DNA of 62,367 bases, counting the filler, from Chrysochromulina tobinii (lineage: Eukaryota): NCBI GenBank assembly GCA_001275005.1. It is 5 parts of 5 records of this genome, joined end to end, with 100 filler letters (N's around TTAATTAATTAA, not from the genome) between each part and the next. Parts side by side here need not be neighbours in the genome. Positions count along the whole stretch, not along the records: positions 30,204 to 48,094 come from JWZX01001343.1; 4 more parts are not named here. The stretch is one strand, 5' to 3'. The position numbers were made by a program, and so were the translations under genes. Numbering within the stretch: the first letter of the stretch is position 1; every line of letters starts with the position of its first letter. A model generated the notes under the pieces. The model saw only the letters and a program-made list of their open reading frames with translations. It did no database searches and was not told where the DNA came from. Of the stretch, positions 33,201-41,526 are shown piece after piece.

Positions 33201-33497
33201 GCCAGCTCGATCCTTGGCTCCTCCCCCACGTGCTCGCCACGGCGCTCGCCACGGCGCTCGCCACGGCCACCCCCGACGCCGCTCTCGAGAGTGAATCTCG
33301 AGCAGATCTCGGCGCGATCTCCCCTCTCCCGAGATCGTCTGCTGATGCAGGAAGGGCCGCCGCTGCGCCCCCCTTCCTCGACGGACGAGTCGTCCGACTC
33401 GAACCGATCGCTCTCTCCCATCTCCTCCGCGTCGGAATGTAGCTCCGCCCCTCCCATTCCACGGGGAGCCAACAGCTTTGATGATGTGTTGAGGTAG
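30204..33497 (+). CDS. 5'-partial type I membrane protein: SPPP linker, three GCT-type Cys repeats, GYLxG...VSPLTT domain, TM helix, Ser/Pro-rich tail
   Basis: Frame open from contig start; GCTDSTKRGFNPNATVDDGSC, GCRNSTAANYNASAEVDGLC, GCTASMATNFDAGAGVDDGTC; GYLSGCRVFLD...LVSPLTTIA; GRRAL; LLLTALVTTILLALKK. Tandem repeats at about 31740-32200 may be intronic. Confidence 0.7.
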   Translation, partial: SPSPPPPSPPPPSPSPPPPSPSPPPPSPPPPSPSPPPPSPSPPPPSRPRQPPPGLPPSPPSLGCTDSTKRGFNPNATVDDGSCIPYIVGCRNSTAANYNASAEVDGLCLFYGCTASMATNFDAGAGVDDGTCTFVSVSGTIASFGYLSGCRVFLDGFGSSYSPEGKRGREDPYDTSSPIGHYTVVYRQQGVINVQPANATGGFPCTDTISGSSLTAPLRTLMNASLVSPLTTIATALVGASLSNSTGQPTLHASPDQGQRNFSDALGNFSVAAAANMVCRNLIPPVPCADSFQPCDSATGFADACTLNGSPLSVFHFDALNEYIYSDLPEAAWSAWIVGQLNAYFTVGCATNALICASREAQIGTAAGSGWTTSCAAQGVVVGNHSKEALGTAIFFSLAEMIALGPANLEDQTGAGVADLISRASARLGVAPINALSLSQQCGMQNFVTYTSLTGAGSGRRALAAEQASLSSSTDAPSRAATEAMPVAVDEDVEELAGEVAKRVGRVCDALQPHRSHFPTGATSPQEPLPHRSHCRQRLERVLVRLNAQEEKRRRVLTTALDVRSSRRSSTVGGLAPLEAGPAPLEVGPAPLEAGPAPLKGGPAPEPTHTIPGWWLHDSGGGYTTHTIPGWWLHDSGGGYTTHTIPGWWLHDSGGGYTTHTILGWWSAPPLLLTALVTTILLALKKGGQRAGRKLDQKSRSQSQSRSGRKLDQRDQHGARLPAGMTSAHGSLAGSPPLVIPPSSPHSIDLGSATSPSTQPSPGSVEGGSAPTSSEPSPNSIELGSSARVSSGSSFFSRTPLMSRSRSLPMALARRRSEGEGTEVAAPRVAATSNASPVASRMASHMGGSSARSPRLAPSCGEEPPPVPTSALLMHSVPTSALLMRSGRKRSTSFEQPEAASEAAPSPRGAAARARSDEKGRASSDETGRASSDETGKASSDETGNPSSWLPHPAMPRTLVLQLPLLETSMDATQRLEGQRRRSGSSKSVGAAAATSPPPASSILGSSPTCSPRRSPRRSPRPPPTPLSRVNLEQISARSPLSRDRLLMQEGPPLRPPSSTDESSDSNRSLSPISSASECSSAPPIPRGANSFDDVLR

Positions 33498-33629
33498 AGG
33501 GAAGGAGAATGAAGAAGGGAACGATGGGGCGCGGAACAGTCCATAGAGAAGCATGTACAAGGAGCACAAGGAACATACAAAGAGCACAAGAACACAATGC
33601 GAGAAGGAGAGAGTGGGGTTGTGGGAGAG

Positions 33630-33769
33630 ATGTAGCATGCGCCGAGCACGTACTTCGGAGTACGGCCGTATAATGAAAACGTGATGACACGCTTCTCCGA
33701 TCCGCCACGACCGCCGCTTCCTCCCTGCTCCTGCTGTTCACACTGCTGCTGCTGTTGGCAGCAGACCAT
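33630..33769 (-). pseudogene. Short truncated fragment resembling the start of an uncharacterised glycosyltransferase-like family
   Basis: EKRVITFSLYGRTPKYVLGA, then an abrupt switch to CT-rich sequence. Confidence 0.4.
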
Positions 33770-34081
33770 TCTGCTCGCCCGGTCGACGAGGTGCAGTCCT
33801 CATTTTGGTGTAGGCAGCGCTCGCGGAATCTCGAGAGGAGAGAAACTACTTGTACGAATGCATGTTTGCGACTCAAATCGCAGACCAGGATCCATGTCAA
33901 GATCACACCATGTATCCCCTTCCCCCCAAAACGAAAGATGAGGCGAATCTGCAATCTCCGCGAACGGCCCCCATGTGACGGCCCCCTTTCTTCTTATTCT
34001 AGAACGGTGTTGTACGCACTCACACGCTGACGCCGCGGACTCGTGGGTTCAGTCGACGTCCTTGCTGGATATGTGGACGTC

Positions 34082-35407
34082 CTAGCTGGGTAGGTCGACG
34101 TCCTCTTCCTCTTTTGATGTCGGGCTGTGCTCGTCGAGGCGCGCGAAGACGGTGGCGATCGCATCGTTCGAGAAGAGGAAGCCCTCAGGGTCCTGCAGCG
34201 CGAGGGCACGCCCCGGCTCGAGGCGCGTCCACGCGCTCGGGAGCTCGGCCGCCGCGTCCGCGCACGCCGCGGCCGCCGCCGCGCCCAATTCGGCGCCAAA
34301 GCGCGCTCGCAGCTCCTCGAGGTCGACTCCCTCGCGGGTACGCAGCTGCAGCATGAGCGCCGTCGTGAGCGCATCGCGACCCTCCTCGTAGACCGCGTCG
34401 CCCGAGGCGAGGGCGGCCTGCGTGCGCGCCTCCCAGCCGCCCCGCTCGAGCTCGTCCACCCAAGTCTCGTACTCCTTCATCTTGCGTGGGCGCGCCAGCC
34501 GGACGCCGCCGACGTGTGACGTCGCCCCCATCCCAAGCGCCAAAAATGGTTCGTTACGCCAGTAGGCGCTGTTGTGCTGCGAGCGGTGGTGCGCCTGCGC
34601 GTAGTTGGACACCTCGTACCGCTCAAACCCCGCCGCGCCCAGCGTGGCCGATGCCGCCCGTACCATATCGGCCGCCACTTCCTCTGTCGGCAACGGAGCT
34701 GAGCCCGGCGCAAACCAGCGCCCGAACGCTGTGCGAGGCTCGATCTGCAGGTCGTACACGGAGACGTGGTGGGCGCCGCTGCGCGCGGCCGCATCGAGCG
34801 AGCGCTGCCACGTTTCCAGCGTCTGGTGCGGCAGCCCGCCGATCAAGTCCAGGCTCACGGAGAGAGGCTGCGCGTGGCCGAGCAGGAGCTCTAGCGCGCC
34901 ATGCGCGTCGTGCACGCGGTGCACGCGGCCGCACGCCTCGAGCAGTGCGTCGTCGAAGGACTGCACACCAAGCGACACGCGCGTCACCCCGGCTGCCACG
35001 AAGGCGTCAAGCGCGGTGCGGTCGAACGTGCCTGGGTCCATCTCAAGCGTCACCTCGCAGCCTTGGGTGAGCCCGTGCTTCTCGTCGAGCTGGCGCAGCA
35101 GCTTGTGCAGCAGACGCGGCGGCGTAAGCGAGGGCGTGCCGCCGCCAAAGTAGACGGAGGTCAGCGGCCGCGCATCGGGCGAGTGCGCCAGCTCCCGGTC
35201 GAGGAGGGCGCAGTATCGTTCGGCGGCGGCGTCAGCGGCTCCGGGACGGTCGCCGACTGCAACGATCGGAAAGTCGCAATAGAAGCAGCGCCGGCGGCAA
35301 AACGGCAAGTGCACGTAGATGGCGCGTGGCAGCACGCTTCCTACGGTCGGCGCCGCCGACGACGCGGCCGCGAGGCTCGCCGTCGCGGCCACGTGGAATT
35401 TGTGCAT
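34082..35407 (-). CDS. hemW: Radical SAM heme chaperone HemW (HemN-like/RSAD1), probably organelle-targeted
   Basis: IYVHLPFCRRRCFYCDF (CxxxCxxC), YFGGGTPS, RVSLGVQSF, YEVSNYA, HNSAYW (HNxxYW); Ala/Ser-rich presequence from ATG 35407 (alternative ATG 35500). Confidence 0.9.
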   Translation of the reverse strand: MHKFHVAATASLAAASSAAPTVGSVLPRAIYVHLPFCRRRCFYCDFPIVAVGDRPGAADAAAERYCALLDRELAHSPDARPLTSVYFGGGTPSLTPPRLLHKLLRQLDEKHGLTQGCEVTLEMDPGTFDRTALDAFVAAGVTRVSLGVQSFDDALLEACGRVHRVHDAHGALELLLGHAQPLSVSLDLIGGLPHQTLETWQRSLDAAARSGAHHVSVYDLQIEPRTAFGRWFAPGSAPLPTEEVAADMVRAASATLGAAGFERYEVSNYAQAHHRSQHNSAYWRNEPFLALGMGATSHVGGVRLARPRKMKEYETWVDELERGGWEARTQAALASGDAVYEEGRDALTTALMLQLRTREGVDLEELRARFGAELGAAAAAACADAAAELPSAWTRLEPGRALALQDPEGFLFSNDAIATVFARLDEHSPTSKEEEDVDLPS

Positions 35408-35676
35408 GACGCCGGCCGGCCGATACGTTGTGAAATCACACTTGAAGAAAGGGCAAGCCCTCGCTCGGACGTCAGAGCCTTCTTTTGGCGACGCGTGCAT
35501 ATTTCGCCCTCGCTCAGCCCCAGTGCAGACCTTACAAGGTGACGCGGGTACATGTATTGAAGGCGTATTGGTGCGCTTTACTGGTGAGTGTCGAAGGTTG
35601 TGTTAGAAGTCACACAGACGCCGTTCACATCACACATACATACGAGCGGGCAGTACAGTGCCGTAGCACCGGTTGA

Positions 35677-35701
35677 CGCGTCTGTCGTGTTAACGTTCAC
35701 A
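35677..35701 (+). promoter_or_regulatory. Conserved gene-upstream motif, copy 2 (hemW/RdRP divergent intergenic region)
   Basis: CGCGTCTGTCGTGTTAACGTTCACA, exact reverse complement of 19836-19860; 63 nt before ATG 35765. Confidence 0.55.
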
Positions 35702-35764
35702 TACATGAGTTTGTAATTAAAGGCTTTGGCGCGAATCGGCAAATTCGCAGCGTCGGCTTCGTCG

Positions 35765-38700
35765 ATGAAGCATGTGAAAGCCTTCATAGCCCAGGGCGCG
35801 GCCGCCGCTCCTGAGTCGGAGACACAGCTTATGGAGGCCTACGATAGCGCGGAGATGCCAGGCGCGGCCGCGGTTCCTGAGTCGGAGGCACAGCTTATGG
35901 AGGCCTTCGATAGCGCGGAGATGCCAGGCGCGGCCGCCGTACCGGAGTCGGAGGAAAACGTGTGGTGGAGGGAGAACTCGGACAAGCTCACTGACGCAGA
36001 GCAGCAAGCCTTGTCGCCCTCGAGGCTACGCACCCGTGATCAAGGCGATGTGCAAGAGATGAACGAGGAGGCAACTTCCCCGATCGCCGCCTCGTCGCCG
36101 CCGTCTCAGCCCATGGCTATGTGCACGATTACGTCTCCAAAGGGATCTCCAGGGCGAAGCATTTGCCACGATGCATCACCACCTCGTCCGCAACATGCTG
36201 CAGCTGGCACCCCTGCGGCAGGCATGAAGCGGCCACTGGAAGCTCTTGGCAAGAGCAAGGCCAGAGCTGTGCCCAGCTCCCCAGCAGCCTCGACACCGCT
36301 CTCGCGGGCCTTTGTTCAGCAGCGCTGCGAGGCCTCTCCATTACCGGCGGCTGGCATGTCGCGTGCGGCTGGCATGTCGCGTGCGCCGCGCGAGCTCGCC
36401 TTCGACCAAGTACCTGTGGCGGCCTTACAGGAGGTCTCGCCGGTGGCAGTGCCAGTGCCGGTTCTCGCATACCCGCCGACGATGATGGACGACTCGGACG
36501 AGCTATATTTATACCCCTCGCAGGCGTCAACTGCGGACTCGGCGCCGCTCGATGACGTCGATGTCCCACCGCAGCAAGATGAGTCGCAACTGTCGGCCTA
36601 CTGGCAAAATGACGGCGTCTTCGAGGATGCTGATGCTCTCGTGGCGGTGCACATGACCCACAAGCAAGAGGGCCTGGCAGGACCAGGTGCCAAGCGGAAG
36701 CAGCCTCTGTTGGCTGTCATCCCAAAGTTTGCGCGCGTCTCTACAGCTCGACCTTTGCCTGCACTTTCATCACCCAGCAGCGCCATCTCGCCGGGCGGCA
36801 CACCACCCTCTACATCGCCGCCAAACGAGCCCCTGCCGTTCCCGCTCATGTTCGTCCTGCACGCTGCGGGTGTCGACGACATCAGCCTCCCTGATGCACC
36901 TGTGAGCAAAGTGCTCGTCGATGCGTACCGTCAGCATGGATGGGCAGGTGTGGCTGTTGCGACCTCTAAGGGCCTCTCCGGTGTGCCCGGTAGCATCAAG
37001 GTGGCCGAACCGGCCCACTTGCGTCCCGACAAGCCCCACGTGCTGGGATACCGAGTGCGTTTCGACGTCCAGCGACAGGAGGTCCAGTACCAATGGCCCA
37101 GGCTTCGGCCGGAGACCAAGGCCGATCGCGTCCTCGGTGCTGAGCTACTGCTGCAGGTGGAGATGGTGACGGCGCCGGACGGGGAGAGCAGCAGCTCATC
37201 TGCGCGGCGTGGGCTGTGCTACAAATGCAACGAGCCGGGCCACTTCGCCAAGGACTGCCGGAAGGGTGAAGCGGTGTGCTACAAATGCCACGAGCCGGGT
37301 CACTTCGCCAAGGAATGCCGGAAGGGTGAAGCGGACCCGAACGCGCTGCGCCAGGCGCTGCTCGAACGAAAAGCAGCGGAAAAGGAGCGATCTTGTTCCA
37401 TCTTCGAGCACGGCTGCCTGGTGTGCGGGCGTACGTACGCGTTCCTGGGCTCGAAGGACTGGGGGCAAACCCTTTTCTTTGTGGCCGTCAGCGGCACTCC
37501 ACTTGACGAGCTGCAACTTGGCCGCCGGAGCCTCCACTTTTGGAACGTGGAGGAGGCGTTGCGCGCGCTCGCCGATTTTCGCGCCTGTGCAACCGTGCCT
37601 AAGATGTGCGCACGTGTCGAGCTCAGCTTCAGCGGGACCACCTCGGTCTTTGCAGGCCGACCCTTCCGTGCTCTCGACCTGCGAGGGCGCGGCCTTGGCG
37701 GCGCGTGGTCGCCGGCGCTGGAGGCGGCGCTCAAGGGTGAGCTCTCGCGTATCTCTGGGACGCGATGCAAGGACGAGATCGTGGTGGTGGCGATCGACGA
37801 CCTTGTGGGGATGGCAGAAGGCGATCAGCCGGCTGTGTCCCCATCGGGGGGACCATACTTGATGAGCGATGGGTGCGGCATGATCTCTCTCAACCTCGCC
37901 GAGCAGCTCACGAGAACGCTGTGCTGGGATCATGTGCCTCTGCTCACGCAAATACGTTTGTGGTGGGGAGGAGGCTTCCTCGCCAAGGGTGTGCTGTTTA
38001 CCTCCGCGGCCCTACCTCCGAACGTCATCCTCGTCCGCGACTCCCAAATTAAGGTGAATGCGAGGGAGCCCGCACCCTGCTGCTGCGTGGCGTCCCTCGA
38101 TGTCAACGACTGCCAACGCAAACCCGGCGAGGCCGCCACGTCGCCCTTCCTCGTGCCTCTGCTTGAGCACTTGGGCGGCCCTGCGTGCGTGGAATTGATG
38201 CTGCGCTGGCAGCGTGAGGCCGCCGCGCCGATTGCGAAGCTCATCAGCCTCGTCGACAGCGGCGGCGCCTTGAGCGACGAGAATGCGTCATTGCTCATCT
38301 CTGAGCTCATCTCCGAGCAGCGAGCTGCGGACGCTGCGCTGCCCGGCAAGGTGGACGTGCAGCGTATGCTTCGCGCGGGTTGTGACCCGTCTGATGAGCA
38401 CGTGCGCACTGAAGCGATCAGATCGCTGCGCGACAAGCTGAATGTTCTCCAGAGCGGCCGCTTTTCCATCCCTGACTCGTACACTATGATGGTCGCCATC
38501 GACCACACGGGCACGCTGCTCGAAGGCGAGGTTGTGCTGCTCGAGGCAGGCGTGCCACGCGTCGCGGAGCGCTGCGTGCTGTACAAGTCGCCAGGCATCC
38601 ATCCGGGCGACGTGCGAGTGCTGCGCGCAGTGCCACCCACAGCGGAGATGCGCGAACACCTAGGCTTCGCACCCAACGGCCAGCATGCACTGATCGTCTC

Positions 38701-39910
38701 GTGCCTTGGCCGCCGTTCCGTCCTTGACATGATCGCCGGCTGTGACGCCGACGGCGACCGCTTCAGCATCATCTTCGACGCTGAGCTGCTCGGATGCCTG
38801 CCTCCCGACCGGCTGCAGCCGCCCTGGGAGAAGCGACCGCGCGCGCCTCCGCCGCACGCGCCTCTGCCGCCGGCTTCAGCGCCATGGATGCTGAGTGAGG
38901 ACGAGCGCTGCCGTGCAATGATCGAGCACGTGCGGCGTTGCAAGGCTGGCCAGAAGGCGATGACGCAGGCCGCCCAGTCCTGGAAGGCATGGGTGCACAA
39001 GCAAGGGCCGGATGGTGCGGGCGACGAGGGCGCCAAGGAGCTCTGTGCGCGCTACATGGAGGCCCTCGACTCGAGCAAAGCAGATGTGGGCCTGAACTCC
39101 CTGGAGAAACGCTTCAGCAGCTGCCCTTTGCCACGTCACCTTTGGAAGAGCCGAGCCATGGCGCCGATGGCCAGGATGTGTGACGTCCATGGCAGTGGCG
39201 GTGGCGGCTTGGGTCACGTGGATCAACCGGCGCTGCTGCCCAAGACGGCGCTACTGCGCATGTTCGAGGCCGTCGAATCCGACGCCATCACTGGCGGGAC
39301 GCCACGGCAGACATGCCCCAAGGTAATGGTTGATCTCGATCTAAAGGTGAGCGTGGCAGACGAGGCTCGCCACCAAACACAGAAGAACTTCTGGTTCTCC
39401 AAGTACTACGAGTACAAGGAGGAGATGAGGAAGTTGGGGGAGGCCTATTCTCCGGAGCGATGGAAGGGCATCGTCGGCGACGTCCGGCGCGAGCTGCTGG
39501 CGACGAGCGGCGACAGCGCCTACGACGGCGGCATCCCAAACGCGGCGCTGCGAGAGAGCGTGTGCGTGCTCTACGAGGCTCTATACGACTCGAGCGGTGC
39601 GCTCAAATGCGGCGAGTGCGCCGAATGCAAGCGCAACGGCGAGACGGGCCAACAGCGGGCTTCCGCTCTCAAATTTGTCTGGGTTGTGGCGGGCGATCTG
39701 CTGCTGTGCATCAAGGGCGAGGCTCGGCACAGGCACAACCAGATGAGGTTGCCGCCTTGCGCACGGGTCGCACCGATGATCGTGGACTTGGCCCGGCATG
39801 AGCAGCTGATGCGCAGGCGGGGCAGGCGGCCGATCGAAGCAGAGGAGCGTGCGCCCCCCGCGGACGACGAGGACGAGGAAGCGGAGAACTTGGAGTATCC
39901 TGGGATTTAG
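35765..39910 (+). CDS. Eukaryotic RNAi-type RNA-dependent RNA polymerase with two CCHC zinc knuckles, intronless
   Basis: GRTYAFLG, MSDGCGMIS, QIR...KGVL, KSPGIHPGDVRVLRAV, IAGCDADGDRF (DxDGD at 38744-38758); CYKCNEPGHFAKDC and CYKCHEPGHFAKEC. Confidence 0.9.
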   Translation: MKHVKAFIAQGAAAAPESETQLMEAYDSAEMPGAAAVPESEAQLMEAFDSAEMPGAAAVPESEENVWWRENSDKLTDAEQQALSPSRLRTRDQGDVQEMNEEATSPIAASSPPSQPMAMCTITSPKGSPGRSICHDASPPRPQHAAAGTPAAGMKRPLEALGKSKARAVPSSPAASTPLSRAFVQQRCEASPLPAAGMSRAAGMSRAPRELAFDQVPVAALQEVSPVAVPVPVLAYPPTMMDDSDELYLYPSQASTADSAPLDDVDVPPQQDESQLSAYWQNDGVFEDADALVAVHMTHKQEGLAGPGAKRKQPLLAVIPKFARVSTARPLPALSSPSSAISPGGTPPSTSPPNEPLPFPLMFVLHAAGVDDISLPDAPVSKVLVDAYRQHGWAGVAVATSKGLSGVPGSIKVAEPAHLRPDKPHVLGYRVRFDVQRQEVQYQWPRLRPETKADRVLGAELLLQVEMVTAPDGESSSSSARRGLCYKCNEPGHFAKDCRKGEAVCYKCHEPGHFAKECRKGEADPNALRQALLERKAAEKERSCSIFEHGCLVCGRTYAFLGSKDWGQTLFFVAVSGTPLDELQLGRRSLHFWNVEEALRALADFRACATVPKMCARVELSFSGTTSVFAGRPFRALDLRGRGLGGAWSPALEAALKGELSRISGTRCKDEIVVVAIDDLVGMAEGDQPAVSPSGGPYLMSDGCGMISLNLAEQLTRTLCWDHVPLLTQIRLWWGGGFLAKGVLFTSAALPPNVILVRDSQIKVNAREPAPCCCVASLDVNDCQRKPGEAATSPFLVPLLEHLGGPACVELMLRWQREAAAPIAKLISLVDSGGALSDENASLLISELISEQRAADAALPGKVDVQRMLRAGCDPSDEHVRTEAIRSLRDKLNVLQSGRFSIPDSYTMMVAIDHTGTLLEGEVVLLEAGVPRVAERCVLYKSPGIHPGDVRVLRAVPPTAEMREHLGFAPNGQHALIVSCLGRRSVLDMIAGCDADGDRFSIIFDAELLGCLPPDRLQPPWEKRPRAPPPHAPLPPASAPWMLSEDERCRAMIEHVRRCKAGQKAMTQAAQSWKAWVHKQGPDGAGDEGAKELCARYMEALDSSKADVGLNSLEKRFSSCPLPRHLWKSRAMAPMARMCDVHGSGGGGLGHVDQPALLPKTALLRMFEAVESDAITGGTPRQTCPKVMVDLDLKVSVADEARHQTQKNFWFSKYYEYKEEMRKLGEAYSPERWKGIVGDVRRELLATSGDSAYDGGIPNAALRESVCVLYEALYDSSGALKCGECAECKRNGETGQQRASALKFVWVVAGDLLLCIKGEARHRHNQMRLPPCARVAPMIVDLARHEQLMRRRGRRPIEAEERAPPADDEDEEAENLEYPGI

Positions 39911-40537
39911 TTTGGTTTAGAGAGCACAATTCAAATGGACAATCTATGGCCATTCGAGGGTGCTTCTGCCGTTCTGGTTCTCCCTTATCTATCTCAGGCG
40001 CGAAAGCCACATAATCGAGTATGAGTGAAACGTAGTATTTTGTTTATTAAAGACCAAGCATGCAGACCAGGGGGGGGGCCGGTATAGTAGGACCAACTTT
40101 TAGACGGACCAACTTTCCCAAAATGTTGGTCTGTTGTTGACGTAATGACACCGGGGGAGCCGGGACAGGCACGTCGCACGACCTACTTTTCAACTCGATA
40201 CTCGTGACGGAGGTTGGTGCCTTCTCGGACAACCGCGCACCCGCACGCTCCGGCTCACAGGACACAGCCGTTTCACACAGAGCTGCACACGGGACACTTT
40301 CGGTGGCACCTTTCGTCGCCATTGTTGCATTGATTCCTCGCGCCCTCCCGCTTGGCAGGCTCACAAAACTTGCGCGCGCGCGCGGCGAGGCAGCCACCTT
40401 ACTTCATGCGACATGCCATGCTTCATGCATCTATGCATGATTTCATGGTGTTTGAACCCGTCCCGTACGGAGTGTAATTTATATCTTAGACTATTGTTAC
40501 CCGGTCGAATACGTGGCGGATCTGGCCGTTTCATCTC

Positions 40538-41137
40538 TCAACTACGCGCGTCCTGTCTCTTGAAGATGCGCTCAAAGCACACGGCCCCGTCGCCGCTAGC
40601 GTCAGCGTCTCCACTGTCCCTGTCGCCGCACCTGCGTGCACTCGAGTCGCTGCCCTCGTTCCCTCGCCGAACAATGCTACTCCTCTGCACGAGGGCTCCG
40701 TCGCAGATGGCGCGCGTGGTGCGCACGTCCGCGAGTTTGCCACGCCGGTCCTGCGCGAGCGTCACGAGCACCGAGCCATCCCAATACGAGTGCTTGATGA
40801 ACTCGTTGCCCAAGGGGTCCCGGTCGACGACCTCGGTGTCGATGGGCAGCTTCTCAACGCGTTCGCCCATGGGTGTCGGCATGCGCACCTGCAGCACGCC
40901 GTCCGTGATGCTAACCTCACACTTCGGGCGGAAGCGCAACGCGAGCTGGCTCTCGACCCAGGACACGCCGAGGCACTTAAGGTAGTCCTCGAGCCCGGTT
41001 GTCGACGTATTGTACCACGTGCCAACGAAGGTGCGAGCGGCGCTCTCGGCTGGCTGTTGGTGCTCCAGCTTTGTCACCGTCGTTATGCGACGTAGCTGAG
41101 AGCCTCGCTGGTCACCGCACAGGCCACACGCAGCCAT
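40538..41137 (-). CDS. Fatty-acid-binding-protein (FABP/iLBP, calycin)-like protein
   Basis: FVGTWYNTSTTGLEDYLKCLGVSW (GxW motif plus helix-turn-helix), WDGSVLV, TTRAICDGALVQ, CFERIFKR; start uncertain (41137 or 41326). Confidence 0.7.
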   Translation of the reverse strand: MAACGLCGDQRGSQLRRITTVTKLEHQQPAESAARTFVGTWYNTSTTGLEDYLKCLGVSWVESQLALRFRPKCEVSITDGVLQVRMPTPMGERVEKLPIDTEVVDRDPLGNEFIKHSYWDGSVLVTLAQDRRGKLADVRTTRAICDGALVQRSSIVRRGNEGSDSSARRCGDRDSGDADASGDGAVCFERIFKRQDARS

Positions 41138-41526
41138 CCTGCACAAGCGGCCAACGAAGCCAACGAGCGCCTCTGTGCAAAAAGGCGCGGTGCAGTACCG
41201 GGCGTTGGAATGTAGTTGCTCAAAGCACGTTCGGGCGTGCGCTTGAAACTGCTCGAAACTGCTCAGCGGCGGGCGCGAGTACGTCGGCCGCCAGTGCGGC
41301 GTCGAAGTCGGCGTAGTGGTCCGCATCGCGGATTCTCAACGCAATCACAGAGGCCACGTCACTCATATGAACATATAAAAGTCCAAAAGGCGGGCAGGTG
41401 CTTGCAAAAGGCGGGCAGGGCCACGTGACTCAGTCCAGGTCAGACGCTCAGTCACTCAGTTAGTCGCGGACCCCCCGCGCTCTCACCTCACCACCATTTC
41501 AAGGTACGCCTCCGCTCTGCCTCCGC

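Noticed and set aside
35765..39910. RdRP as an endogenous RNA virus or retroelement gag
   Set aside because: DxDGD double-barrel motifs are cellular type; no viral GDD palm motifs, RT, integrase or LTRs seen
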